Part shown: positions 52,686 to 64,000 of the stretch, one piece after another
How positions within the stretch are numbered: position 1 is the first letter of the stretch
Layout of the letters: the number at the start of each line of letters is the position of its first letter
NCBI GenBank assembly: GCA_030770535.1
Contig: JASVEC010000002.1
Span: 1,178,001 to 1,242,000 of the forward strand
DNA from: Batkoa obscura
Taxonomy: Eukaryota
Reading direction: 5' to 3'
DNA length: 64,000 bases
Position numbers and translations under genes: made by a program
Notes under the pieces: model-generated
What the model saw: the letters and a program-made list of their open reading frames with translations, nothing else
Databases searched by the model: none
What the model was told of the DNA's origin: nothing

Positions 52686-55005
52686 ATGGCCGAAAAAGTA
52701 CAAGAGAGATTGGAAGCTATGCTTCCAGAACTAGAAGATCTTAAATCCAAAAGTTTATTTAATGAAAAAGAGATTGCTCAAATTGTAAAAAAGAGAACTA
52801 GTTTAGAATATTCTGTATCTAGAAGGATAGCTAAAAAAGCTGATTATATTCGATATATAGAGTATGAAATGAACTTAGAAAAACTTCGTGTAAAAAGAAA
52901 ATCTCGTTTTAGCAAAAGTAAGTTTATAATAATACTTTATTAATTTTATTAATTTTATTTTTTATAGATAAGAAAACTACTTTAAGTGATTATGCTGGAG
53001 TACGAAGAATTTACAATTTATTTGAAAGGGGACTATTGAAATTTAAAGGGGATTTGAAATTATGGTTACAATATATTGATTTTGCAGAATCCCAGAATTC
53101 TAGTAAAGTAGTATCGAAAGCTTATGGTAAAGCAATTAAGTTATTACCAGGTGCAGAGATCCTATGGATTCAAGCAGCCAATTTTGAGTTTTCAAAAAAC
53201 TTAAATATGGAAGCAGCACGTGTACTAATGCAAAGAGGAGTTAGGTTAAATCTAAATAACAAAATATTGTATTTAGAGTTTTTTCGATTGGAGTTAAAGT
53301 TCATTGAAAAATTAAAGTTAAGAAAGGAAATTTTATTAAAGGATAAAGCTGAAGGTCATTCTATTGAGATTGATAATTTAGATCAAGAAAATCAAGAAGA
53401 AGGGTTAGAAATGGAGGGAAAAATTAATGCTTCTTTACAAGAGGAGGATCCATTACTTCAAGGTGCTATTCCAAAAATTATTTATAATAATACAGTACAA
53501 AAATTTCCAACTGATTTCGATTTACGTGCTAGATTTTTAGATATTTTAGACAGTTTTAGTCCAATTGTAGAATTACATAGTTATATCTATAATTCCATTC
53601 TAGCTGATTTTGCGGATGATGATAGAGCTAAGGATCTCATTTTCAAAAGAGATATGCTTCATTTAAATGAAAACTCTGCTGAATTTGTCGATAAACTTTC
53701 AGCATGTATTGAAAAATATGAACAAGCATTAAGTGCTAAAAGCAGCCCATTATTGCTTTCATTATTTGTCGGATTTTTATTTAATTATTATCAAAGTATC
53801 AAGGAAGCTAATTTGGTAAAACTAATATTATAATCTACAAAAATAAGCTGACTTTTTTTAGAAAACCTTTTTTAGCCTCAAATTAAAAAAAGTATTAAAG
53901 GAGGGGTTAGCTCAATCTCAAAACGATAGTTATTTGTTGACAAAAGAGTTCTACTTTGTATATTTAAATTTTATTCAAGATTGTATTAAAAGTGATAGGC
54001 TTTGTAAGTAAATTGTAAATACATAATCATCAATTTAACTCTTTATTTTTTAGTATCCCAAGTAGCTACCGAGGCATGTAAGAAATACCCTAACATTGTT
54101 GAATTTTGGTTAGTTAAATTACAAACTATTTCAGAGAAAGGTAACCCTTTTATTTATTTATTAAATTTTGTTAATAGTATTAGATCTTAATAAAATAAAT
54201 GCTATCTTATCGGAGGCTATAATTTACAACCCAATATCCAATAATTTATGGGAAAAGTATATAAATGTTACACTTAAGTCAATTGAAAATAATACGTCTG
54301 ATAAATATGAAGGAGATATTAAACCAGATTTTAATAAACAAGAATTAATCTTTTTGGTAAGATAAATATAAATGGATATTTAAATATGTTAATGATTGTA
54401 ATAGAATTCATTATATAAAATAGAGTCTGTCCATTCAAATAATGAAGTGGAAGCTGAAGAACGTAGATCATGTCGAGAATTCATTCACAGTAATATGTTG
54501 AAATGGGCATTTGACATAAAAGGAATAAACTATGTTAGAGAATTAGCAGAGAGGTAAATTGAATATAAAACTAGTTTGTTTATTTATTTGCTAAAAAACA
54601 TGTAATAGGATTTCTAAAAAGGTTCCATTAAGTGTAGTTTTTTATAAAGAGTGGATTCAACTCGAATTAAAAGACTATGAACAAAATATTCATGGAGATA
54701 AATCAGAACCAAAGAGTGAAGAGATGTATCAAAGTTTCAAGAGTTTATTTGATAAAAGAATACTACAAGTAGCCAATAGTAAATTTGATAAGATAAAGAT
54801 ACTTTATGAAAAATTATTACGATTAGACTCAAATGATATTGAGCTTTGGTTGGATTATTTAGCATTTTTGAATCATGCTGCTCCCTCTCATCATGCTTCC
54901 ACTCTTCTTTTAAAAGCTAAACAGACCCTTTCTAAAGAGCTTTATTTCGCTTTGGAACAGGAATATAAGGCTTTTATTACTTTAAAAAAGGATCAAGAGT
55001 TATAA
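52686..55005 (+). CDS. UTP6: U3 snoRNA-associated protein 6, multi-exon
   Basis: MAEKVQERLEAMLPELEDL, IVKKRTSLEY, DYIRYIEYEMNLEKLR, HAT repeats, YFRLEL-like motif. Confidence 0.93.
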
Positions 55006-55225
55006 GCTGTTAGCATTTGCTTTTCCTCTTTTATAGATTTTATTGATAGAATTCTTTAAATTAAAATTATAATACATTATTTTCATTTTATTGTTTTCTT
55101 ATTAATATATAATTTAATTTTTGTATAACAAATTTAATAAAAATAGTAATATTACTGCTCATTTTTAAATGTAAAATTTGATTTATTAAACTCAAATCCA
55201 AAACTTTCTTAATCACTTTCTCTAA

Positions 55226-55950
55226 ATGTCTGACGAAATCAAAGAAATTGAAACAGTTGAAGAGATAACTATATTACAGCCAAGTAAAGAAGGAGGGGCT
55301 ATAAAATTTGATCCAAAAGATATATCAGTATTAGAGATATTATTAACATTTACTGAACTTCAAGGGTTACGTGTTGGGTGGTTTAAATCATTGGATAAGT
55401 AAGTTAAAATTCAATAGTAAGTAAAGGAAAAAAGAGTAATAATACTTAATACATATAGTTATTTTAAATCGTACACTGAAAACAAAATCTCGGTTGAAGA
55501 ATATAGATCAAAAAATGAAGTACTTAAAGAAGAACAAAAAAAATTCACTCATCATTGTTTAGCTTTGATCAATAACTTGAAGGATGAAGCTAGTTACAAA
55601 CGACCAGACTTAGGGGATAAACTAGAAAATATTTTGAAATTGGAAAAGTTACTGTTAGAAACAGTGAGTCTAATTTATATGCTTGATTATTATTATTATT
55701 AAATAAATTGATATAATTAATCAATAGACAGCTCAATTGCAAACCGCTACTGTTTTAGACGCTACTGAAGATAGAGATTATTCTGAAGATAAAACAAGGT
55801 TAAATGCAAAGTAAGCGGATTATTAAATCTTGATTGTTTTTTTTGTTTAATATTGTTATATTTAATTTTAGAGTGGAAGAGCTAAGAAAAGAAATATCTG
55901 AAGCTATGTTTGAGCTTCATGAAGACATGGCAGATTTATATGAAGAATAG
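55226..55950 (+). CDS. REX1-B/C19orf60-like helical protein, 179 aa, 4 exons (55226-55398, 55459-55663, 55728-55810, 55872-55950)
   Basis: Hand-spliced exons total 540 nt in frame; LLTFTELQGLRVGWFKSLDNYFKSY and RPDLGDKLENILKLEKLLLETTAQLQ resemble the REX1-B family. Confidence 0.7.
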
Positions 55951-57250
55951 ATAAGATCAAAATGAAAATAAATTAATTTTTAATAGCTTTAATTCGTAAA
56001 AGGGTTGTATTGTATTCTTCTTTGAGTTTCTATTCTAATGTAATTTATATTATTAGATACTTGTATATGTTCATTATACAATTTAAGTCTACTTTTTCAT
56101 TTTGATTGTATTTATACAAAGATACATAAATTTTAAATAGAAATAAAATTTTGAAGATATTTATTTATAATCTATAAATGATTATAAACTGATTAAATAA
56201 TTATTTAAATGATTAAAATCAGAAAGTATAGATTAATTTAATCAAACTTTCATGTCTAAAAATAGATCCGTTTCAGCCTAAACACTAGATAGGGGGCATG
56301 TTTTTTATATAGAAAATGAACTAAGAGTTTATCAACATTTTAAGTCATAAAAAGTGAACAAAAAATATCACAATAAAAAAACAGTCCGTAACAGTTAAAG
56401 GAAATTGATGTTCTTCAATGAGAATAATAAGTACAAATGGATAATAAATAGTGAACATAAATTTACTATCTTTTAATGAAATCTACAATTTTATTAAAGC
56501 TAATTAATATAATAGTCTGAAATAATAGGAAAAATAATTGCCCGTTGAAATAAATAAAGCCAAGTTTTCAAATTCGCAACCATTGGGCAAACTTCATTAG
56601 TCTATTTTCAATCATAAGGTAAACTGACTCACTTTTCCATTTGGTATGCTGCGGTATTTAACAATAATAAAGTAGACTAATAATTTCTACAGTTTAAAAA
56701 TAAGAAGGGAAATTTAGTATAATAATGATATTATTTTGATAACTATTTAAATCAATAGAAGTATCTTTTAGAGATTAATCTCAAACTTTCTTAATAGAAG
56801 GATTAAGAATAATAGAGCATGACTTCAATAAATATAATTGCCCAAATCTTAAAGTCATTTGTTAGTTTTAAAAATTATGAAACTTGACTATTCTTTTTTA
56901 AAACATTGGATTCTATAGAAATTTAAGCCAACTATTTTCCTATTATTATCATAAAAGTGGATTTTATATTCTAATAAAAATATTATTCCAGCTGAATATT
57001 AGGTTGATATTTCTTTTGTTATCATATGGTAATATTCGTACTAACAAAAAGAGTTTATTGAACCATAAATAAACTTATCTCAAGTTCTAAGTTCAATAAA
57101 TGACTGCGACTTAAATCAAGCAGAATAACACTTAGGTTTTGGATGACGTTTATTTGACTTTATTTCCAACAACTAAAAGTATAAAAACCTCTTCCAACCT
57201 TCAACATTAAAATTATAAAAATATTGTAAATTATAAAAAAGAAAGAAACC

Positions 57251-57791
57251 ATGCCAACTACTGAAAAAACTAATGTTACTAACGAAACTTCCCCTCAAGC
57301 CTTAAAGGCTGGTCATGCTCCTGCTGGTAAATTCAATTTTAATAAATAGTATATAATGACTTAATAACAACCACCTTTTTAGTTAAAGTAGGTGGTATGC
57401 GAGTACCTCAAGCTAATCCCCATGTGAGTGTCAAAGTGTAAGTAGTTTGTTATATATAATATATAATCATAAGTTTCAATTTCAGTTTTAACTGCCTCTT
57501 CTTTTTGTCAAGAGACTAATCGATTTTCAATTAACTAGTGATCCACTTCCTGGTAATTTATCACGCGCTGAAAAACAAGCGCTCACTAATAATGAAGATT
57601 TTTCACATGACCAAGAAGAGCAGATTGAAAATGCTAAAGAAGAAAAATTAAAAGAAGAAAAATTAAAGAGAGCTGAACAAGGTCAAAAACAAAAGGATTT
57701 GGAACGTAATACCCTGCCTAAGAATCAGGATATGAATATGAGAAATAATAATACTAGAGTTTTTCAACCTAATAAACATATGGGAAATTAA
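57251..57791 (+). CDS. DAP1/DAPL1 (death-associated protein)-like, 127 aa, 3 exons (57251-57326, 57383-57437, 57539-57791)
   Basis: Spliced KAGHAPAVKVGGMRVPQANPH versus human DAP KAGHPPAVKAGGMRIVQKHPH; C-terminal RVFQPNK versus HIQQPRK; TATAAAA upstream; ACC-ATG context. Confidence 0.85.
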
Positions 57792-58060
57792 ATGCCCTAA
57801 AGCTATAGCTAATAGTTTGTTTAAATTTAAATTTATTTCATTTGTACTATTATCTTTTATTGTTTGTTACTTAGAAGCTTATTATATAGGCTATTCAAAT
57901 GGTTTGATGGCTTTTACTATTATATACAAAGGACAAATACACCAATTAAAATCAATCAAACATATCATTAATACTAAGAATTAGAATATTTATTCTTGAT
58001 TAGTAGAAATAACATTTTAATTTCAATTAGATTATGAGAAGACATTAATTGAAACACATT

Positions 58061-59876
58061 TCAAAAATACAATTCTTGATTAATAAAATTAGGTAATTCA
58101 TGAGGTAATTGATCACGTTGTGGATAAAAAGTATAATTCAGTGGATAATCATTTAAATTTTCTAGCTTGGAAGTATATCTAAATAAAAAAGAAAAGATTA
58201 TTAACGATAATACAACAATATAAATAAGGTCAAAAATAAAAATACAATAGACAATAGTATATGGTGAAATAAACTACTTACAAATCTGCAAATGTTCGAA
58301 CTTTTTTTGCAAAATAGGTTGGATTATGATGAGTTCGAAATAAACTACCAAATTGTAAATTATACACTTGCTTCAAAGTATTTCTATATTGCTTCCTTTC
58401 TAATCTCCATTGTTGTACTAAATCTCCCAATTCCTTACTTTGATCTCCGTTATTACTAGCTAATAATAATAATTGCTCTAAATGTAATAAATAAGATAAT
58501 CTGGATCTAGCTTGTGGTGTAGCTGCATATTCCATTTCAGTTTCCAATTCGTCAATAATTGCTCCAGTACGCCAGCCTTGTTGAAGGGTAGGGTCAACTA
58601 AATCCGAGTAAATATGATCCCCTATATACATCACTTTCTGTCCACGCCAACCAGTTAATTTAGAAAACTCTTTTAAATTACCACCTTGATATACTTGACC
58701 TCGTTGAAATTTAGAAACAGCTTCCATATCTAATTCAATGCTGTTTTCTAGAGTCTAAATGAACAAAATGAAATAGAAAATGATATTAAAAATAGAAACA
58801 AAAAAACAAGGCAAAATAAATTACTTGGTTAGCTCGATCTCCATTTGTTTTTACTCTTCTAAAAGGCCTATGAGAGGTATAAAAACTTGGCTTTTTACTA
58901 CTAACTACTACAACATCAAATAAATCCCTCCAATCTTTACTTGATGTTAAATATTCCATGCCTTTATTTCTATATTAATGATTTATTAACAATTATAATA
59001 TGAAATATAAAATATATAAAAAACTTACACGAATAAATAACCTGAGTTCGTTAATAAAAACAATTCTTTCTTACCTTTTCTCAAATTTTGTAAATAATTT
59101 ACTAGCTTATTTGATGGCTCTAAATATTTAGGGACTTGTTTCAAGATTTCTAAATGTAATAATCCGACTCCAAATGGATGATTATAGGCTGAGGAATGAA
59201 TGGCTTCTCCCATTGCTCTTACATCGTCATATAAATGTCTTGGATGAAATTGAATTTGTTTTTCATTAAAATAATCAATAATATCAGCCAATAAACAAAT
59301 CTCTGGTAATGAAAACATATCGTTTAATTGAGTTAAATTTTCCAACATATATTTTGGTGAAATATGAGTACCATTATGTAATTCAATAATAGTGTTAATA
59401 TCTTTTATAGGTTGTTTACCAAAATAAACCGTATTAAGCTGAATATTATGATAAGCATCTACTTTCATTAAATACCCTGTTTTAACATCATAATGTAAAC
59501 CACGTACAGCAAAACTAGGATCGTAATTGAATTCTAACAATGCCTTTGGATAACCCATTCTAAGAACTAACATATCTCTTAACATTGTGAATATTTTTTT
59601 AGGTAATTCTTGAGTATAATTAGCTAATGTATAATCATAATCAAACCCATAAGTTTGTATAAAATCTAAATTTACTTCATTGTGACAAAACACTCCATTG
59701 GGATTGAGTTCCGTGGGTGTAATTAGAAAGTTTTTATGGGGCAAATTCGTTTTGGGCTGAAAATGTTGGGATTTTATCTTTTGATATGCTTCTTTGAGTT
59801 GATGAATGGTTAAAGTATTTGTACTATAATGACGAGTGGTAAGTTGGGTTTTGAGAAGATTTAAGGCAAATTTCAT
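58061..59876 (-). CDS. HAD-superfamily 5'-nucleotidase (NT5DC2/3-like), 4 exons
   Basis: YGFDYDYTLANY, FAVRGLHYD, LFLLTNS, WRDLFDVVV, MYIGDHIYSDL, GWRTGAII, FGSLFRT, FADLYTS, LPHE. Confidence 0.93.
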
Positions 59877-60215
59877 TCTTTGATTTTTAATGAGAGGACA
59901 AGCTTGATCAATTGTAGGTTTAAGGGTGTTATTGTGTTAAATTTATGACAAGTTATAAAATATCAAATGTTATTAAAATAATAAGAAAAATAAAAAATAA
60001 GATTCAAGTTTTTTGATTTTTGATTTTATAATTTGAATTTTGGCTAAATTGATTATGACAGGTCAAAGTTTCATTTGATTCGTAATTCAAAACTTATTTA
60101 AAGAAAAATTTATAGAAAAAAAACAAGTTGGCTATTATTGGCTCTTTTTAATTTGCAATTTTTTTTAAAAAATTAGCAAAAGGGAAGTGGGAACCAAAAG
60201 CTTAAGTAATGTTTC

Positions 60216-61172
60216 ATGAACATAATAGTTAAATCCATCGCAAACCATTCACTCTCTTTAAATATAAGGAGCTTGATTTATAATCATTCTTTTGACTCAA
60301 CGACTTATTTTCCAAAGGTTTATTTCAAATTCAATATTATTACAAGGAAACATACTACCATCTCAGTGTCAAAAGATAATCACATAGCGAAAGATGTCTT
60401 AACACAGAATACAGAAAAAGGAATACGGTTGCATCAAGAATTAAATTTAGACAAAAGGATAATAATAGAGCATAGGACAATAATAACTCAAAGGATAACA
60501 AAAGAACTAATGGCGTATAGTTGTACTTCCCAATTAACTAAACAACAAGTTCAATTGTTAATATTATTTACTAAGAAATTAAAAGACACTACTTATTTTC
60601 AACAAATTCAATTATTAGAATTAATAATACAAGAAGGGTTATATCAGCATATTTCGGACTTACAACTAACAACATTATATAATTTATGGGTTAGAAGTAT
60701 TGATGGTAATAAAGTATTGAGACATCCGAAACAATTGATAATATTACTTAATTTAATGTTAGAAAGAAAATATATATTTAATGAAATACAAATTAATGAG
60801 TTAAGTAATTATATATTATTAAAACAGCCTAAAAGGTTAGCAAATTTATTTGTACCTTTATTGTTTAGGATATGTAAGGAGAATAATAAGGAAAATAACG
60901 ATAAAAATAGAATATCATATATTGAAATATATAATAATTGTTTTCAATCTTTATTAATGAATCATCAGTTTATAGAATGCAATTATTTATTAAATAAAAT
61001 GAGAGATTATAGAATACCCTTGATGAGAAATACAAGGGAATTGATTATGAAAATGGATATTAGAAAAGATTTTTGGCTAATGAAAAATGAATGTTGGCTA
61101 TTAATTAAATGGAAGTTGAGGAAATATCCGATAATTGAAAGTAATAATTATATAAAGGAATCAAATTTGTAG
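60216..61172 (+). CDS. Hypothetical helical protein, possibly mitochondrial with one PPR-like repeat
   Basis: 318-aa ATG ORF divergent from the NT5DC gene; IEIYNNCFQSLLMNHQFIECNYLLNKMRDYRIP is PPR-like. Confidence 0.55.
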   Translation: MNIIVKSIANHSLSLNIRSLIYNHSFDSTTYFPKVYFKFNIITRKHTTISVSKDNHIAKDVLTQNTEKGIRLHQELNLDKRIIIEHRTIITQRITKELMAYSCTSQLTKQQVQLLILFTKKLKDTTYFQQIQLLELIIQEGLYQHISDLQLTTLYNLWVRSIDGNKVLRHPKQLIILLNLMLERKYIFNEIQINELSNYILLKQPKRLANLFVPLLFRICKENNKENNDKNRISYIEIYNNCFQSLLMNHQFIECNYLLNKMRDYRIPLMRNTRELIMKMDIRKDFWLMKNECWLLIKWKLRKYPIIESNNYIKESNL

Positions 61173-61624
61173 AAGAAAAAAAATAAATTAATTCAGTTAC
61201 ATGTTTTATTAAAGTTATTTATTTTGTTTTAAAAATTTGTAGCATTTTTTTTCTTTTTTTTGAAACTTAATTTAAAATACACTTATCCCACTAATATTAG
61301 AAGCCGTAGGATTCCAACCAATTAATTAACTCACTAAAGTTTTATTACCAAAAATACATTTGTTAAAAATTTAAACTAATAAAAAGTAGATAAAAAATTA
61401 TAAAATAATATCACATAATATTATAATATATACAATATAAATAGCATATTCCATATTCTAATAACAATAATTAAAAAGTAAATAATATCAACCTTTCTTT
61501 TTTAAATTAAATTTACAAAATTCATAATGAAAAATTTAAAAAGTATACAAAAATTATTACAAAATATTTTATAAAATAATAGATACTAATATATTAAACT
61601 ATCTAAATGAATACTTTCATCTAC

Positions 61625-64000
61625 TTATTGAAAAGGTCTTGGTCCCATTGGTCTATCACGACCATGATCATCTGGTTGTTCCGGATAGTTAGGTGGTTGA
61701 GGCATATGAGTTGGGGAATGTTGTTCAAATTCATTATTATTAGAATCATTTGAATAAGAATTGCCAATAGCGGAACCAACCCCAGACCCATATTGATAAT
61801 TAGTTTGTTGAGGTCCAATATCAGGAGAATGCGATCTTCCACTATTGCTTTCATTATCATCATAATAATAATAAGGTTCTGGACGATCCATTAATTCATC
61901 GTCGGAGTTTTGATTATAATAAGCGTCTTCTGTTTCCTTTTCTTCCTTAGCTGCTCTTTCACGACGACGAACGGAGCGACGACGACGACGTTCATAGTCT
62001 TCCCATCGACGCAAAGATACTTTACTAGCATCAAAATCACCTTCTTTAGCACTGTGATCTCCACCTTTACCTTCACCTTGTACAACACGAGTGGCCCCCC
62101 AAGAGAAATCATCAAAATGCCAGTAAGAATAAACTGGTAATATAAAGTTCCATACAGGTAAAGCTAAGAGATAAACAAACATCCATAAAACATAAATGAT
62201 TTTACGAGAAGTAATTAAAATCAACAAAGCTGGTGAAAATAATACTAATAATAACATAACTAATGGTAATGAAGTAGCCAAACTATTAATTGTTGATGTA
62301 GCTATGGTTCCTATCAATACAAAAGTCATAACAATTGCTACAGGTAATACAACAGTACCAATTAATTCCATAAAAATAACAAATTGCATTGAAAAACAAA
62401 AGGTACCGCATAAATTTCTAACCAAAACTAATTCTAATAAATTGTGAATAGTCGAATTAATCCATCTTCTACGTTGAGATAATAAAACACTAAATTCATC
62501 AGGAACAACAGTTTTGCAAATAGCTTGTGGAACAAACATCATTTTACGATTTGGGAAATTACGTAACATTAAAGTAGTTAAAAATCGATCTTCACCTAAT
62601 AATAATAAATTCTTTTGATGTAATGTTTCTACTACATTTTGAGAATATTCTTGTACAATTTCAGGTTTAGTTATAATAGGTACCCAATCGGAATCTCCTT
62701 TAGGTGCCTTTAATCGATACATACAAAAGCAACCTGGTAAACAAGTTACACCACCAAATACAGATTCAAAACCTTTACCAAGATGATGAGATATATAATA
62801 TTCAAATACTTGAATACCGGTAACCCAAGAATCTCTTTTATTGGCTATTTTAGTTTCTCCACATAACCCCATAATTAATGGATCATTAATTAAACAATAA
62901 GTTAATAATTTCAATGAATCAGGATAAACTTTAGTATCTGCATCTACCATTAATACTGTTTCAAAGTTATCAGGTGTGACTCCCATTAAATGATGGATTT
63001 TTCGAAATAAATCATAATCTAAAGGAGTCATACGTTCATTATAAATTACTCTTGAAAAAAAGTTCATTAGTATTAATTGAGAATCTCTTTTACCCCTATT
63101 TCCTGCTTTTGGTTTCCCATCTTCTTCAGCATTACCACATTTAATAATAACTAAAGTAGGTACACGATGAGATTTATAATTAAAATGACCAGCATAGACT
63201 TTAGCCCTATTATGTTGTTTGTGACCTGCTGCAACAGCAATATAGCTTTGCGGCTCAGGATCCGTAAAATTAGGATCTAACTCAATTAAATCTAAACAAA
63301 TATCTGGTGTAGATTTATCATTTCCAGAGCCAACAATGATACCATCCGCTACAATAAACAATAATTTTTTATCATCTGAATAATCGGTGCCAGCTAAAGA
63401 TTCAATAGTTGTACGCATTGAGGCTTCGCCTTCAGAATAACAGGTAACTAACATAATATTAAACAATTCATTAGGATCATCAGATATTCTACGTGGCGTT
63501 CCTTTTACACCCCATGGTGCTTGATTATTAGTAATTAAGGGACGACGAGAATTATTGTAAGGCCTTTTGGATAATCGATAAGAAATAAACCAATGGAATA
63601 CAAAAGCCATAGCAAAACGAGTGATGATGATTGAAAGAATAACAATTAAAGAAACGGTCATAAACATATCAACAGCAAAACAACCCACTTGGGCTTTTTG
63701 TAAATAACCCGTACCAAATTTTTGTTTTAAACAAGGAATTGTGTTTTTAATATCTGGATCTCTAAAAAAAAATTTAGTAGCATCTACACTACTGGCTAAT
63801 CTTACTGCTTGTTTAATGGCCATGTCTAAATCATCATAATATACATCTCCATCATAAATTTTTAAATATGCGCCAAAATCTAAAACGGCCCCATCAACAA
63901 CAACAATATTTTTATAAATATCATTCCAAGAAAAACCAGCCATAACATCTTGACCATCTACTTGAAATTTTTGTAAATTAAAATTGTCTGCTACTTGGTC
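61625..64000 (-). CDS. Chitin synthase class IV (Chs3-like), 5' part outside the window
   Basis: [72 protein letters not shown]. Confidence 0.96.
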   Translation of the reverse strand, partial: DQVADNFNLQKFQVDGQDVMAGFSWNDIYKNIVVVDGAVLDFGAYLKIYDGDVYYDDLDMAIKQAVRLASSVDATKFFFRDPDIKNTIPCLKQKFGTGYLQKAQVGCFAVDMFMTVSLIVILSIIITRFAMAFVFHWFISYRLSKRPYNNSRRPLITNNQAPWGVKGTPRRISDDPNELFNIMLVTCYSEGEASMRTTIESLAGTDYSDDKKLLFIVADGIIVGSGNDKSTPDICLDLIELDPNFTDPEPQSYIAVAAGHKQHNRAKVYAGHFNYKSHRVPTLVIIKCGNAEEDGKPKAGNRGKRDSQLILMNFFSRVIYNERMTPLDYDLFRKIHHLMGVTPDNFETVLMVDADTKVYPDSLKLLTYCLINDPLIMGLCGETKIANKRDSWVTGIQVFEYYISHHLGKGFESVFGGVTCLPGCFCMYRLKAPKGDSDWVPIITKPEIVQEYSQNVVETLHQKNLLLLGEDRFLTTLMLRNFPNRKMMFVPQAICKTVVPDEFSVLLSQRRRWINSTIHNLLELVLVRNLCGTFCFSMQFVIFMELIGTVVLPVAIVMTFVLIGTIATSTINSLATSLPLVMLLLVLFSPALLILITSRKIIYVLWMFVYLLALPVWNFILPVYSYWHFDDFSWGATRVVQGEGKGGDHSAKEGDFDASKVSLRRWEDYERRRRRSVRRRERAAKEEKETEDAYYNQNSDDELMDRPEPYYYYDDNESNSGRSHSPDIGPQQTNYQYGSGVGSAIGNSYSNDSNNNEFEQHSPTHMPQPPNYPEQPDDHGRDRPMGPRPFQ

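Noticed and set aside
56292..56388. GGGGGCATGTTTTTT..AAAAAAACAGTCC segment of MITE-like size
   Set aside because: Ends resemble family A but the core does not match and there is no clear TSD
61621..62447. Several small ORFs overlapping chitin synthase
   Set aside because: Alternative-frame and antisense shadows of the chitin synthase CDS

Overview
Very AT-rich eukaryotic DNA from a fungus with short (mostly ~45-60 nt) GT-AG introns. A Zn2Cys6 transcription factor, a class IV chitin synthase and Pho85-type cyclins make it fungal; an early-diverging (zygomycete/Entomophthorales-like) lineage is my inference only. I rebuilt about 23 protein-coding genes by hand-splicing. Two of them have no ORF in the track: a REX1-B-family gene and a 127-aa DAP1 (death-associated protein)-like gene. 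Most interesting items: (1) the fungal DAP1/Dapl1-like gene, whose animal homologues plug the exit tunnel of dormant ribosomes; (2) three paralogues sharing a short C-terminal TF domain, only one of which keeps the Zn2Cys6 DNA-binding domain; (3) an 18-bp element repeated in the ZIP zinc-transporter promoter; (4) a ~100-bp MITE family with about 16 copies, 4-bp TSDs and one self-nested insertion; (5) an AUG-free, intron-containing ~550-nt leader on a Pcl5-like cyclin; (6) an orphan 6-Cys secreted peptide. No tRNA, rRNA or CRISPR array was seen. All family calls come from recognising motifs, not from database searches.
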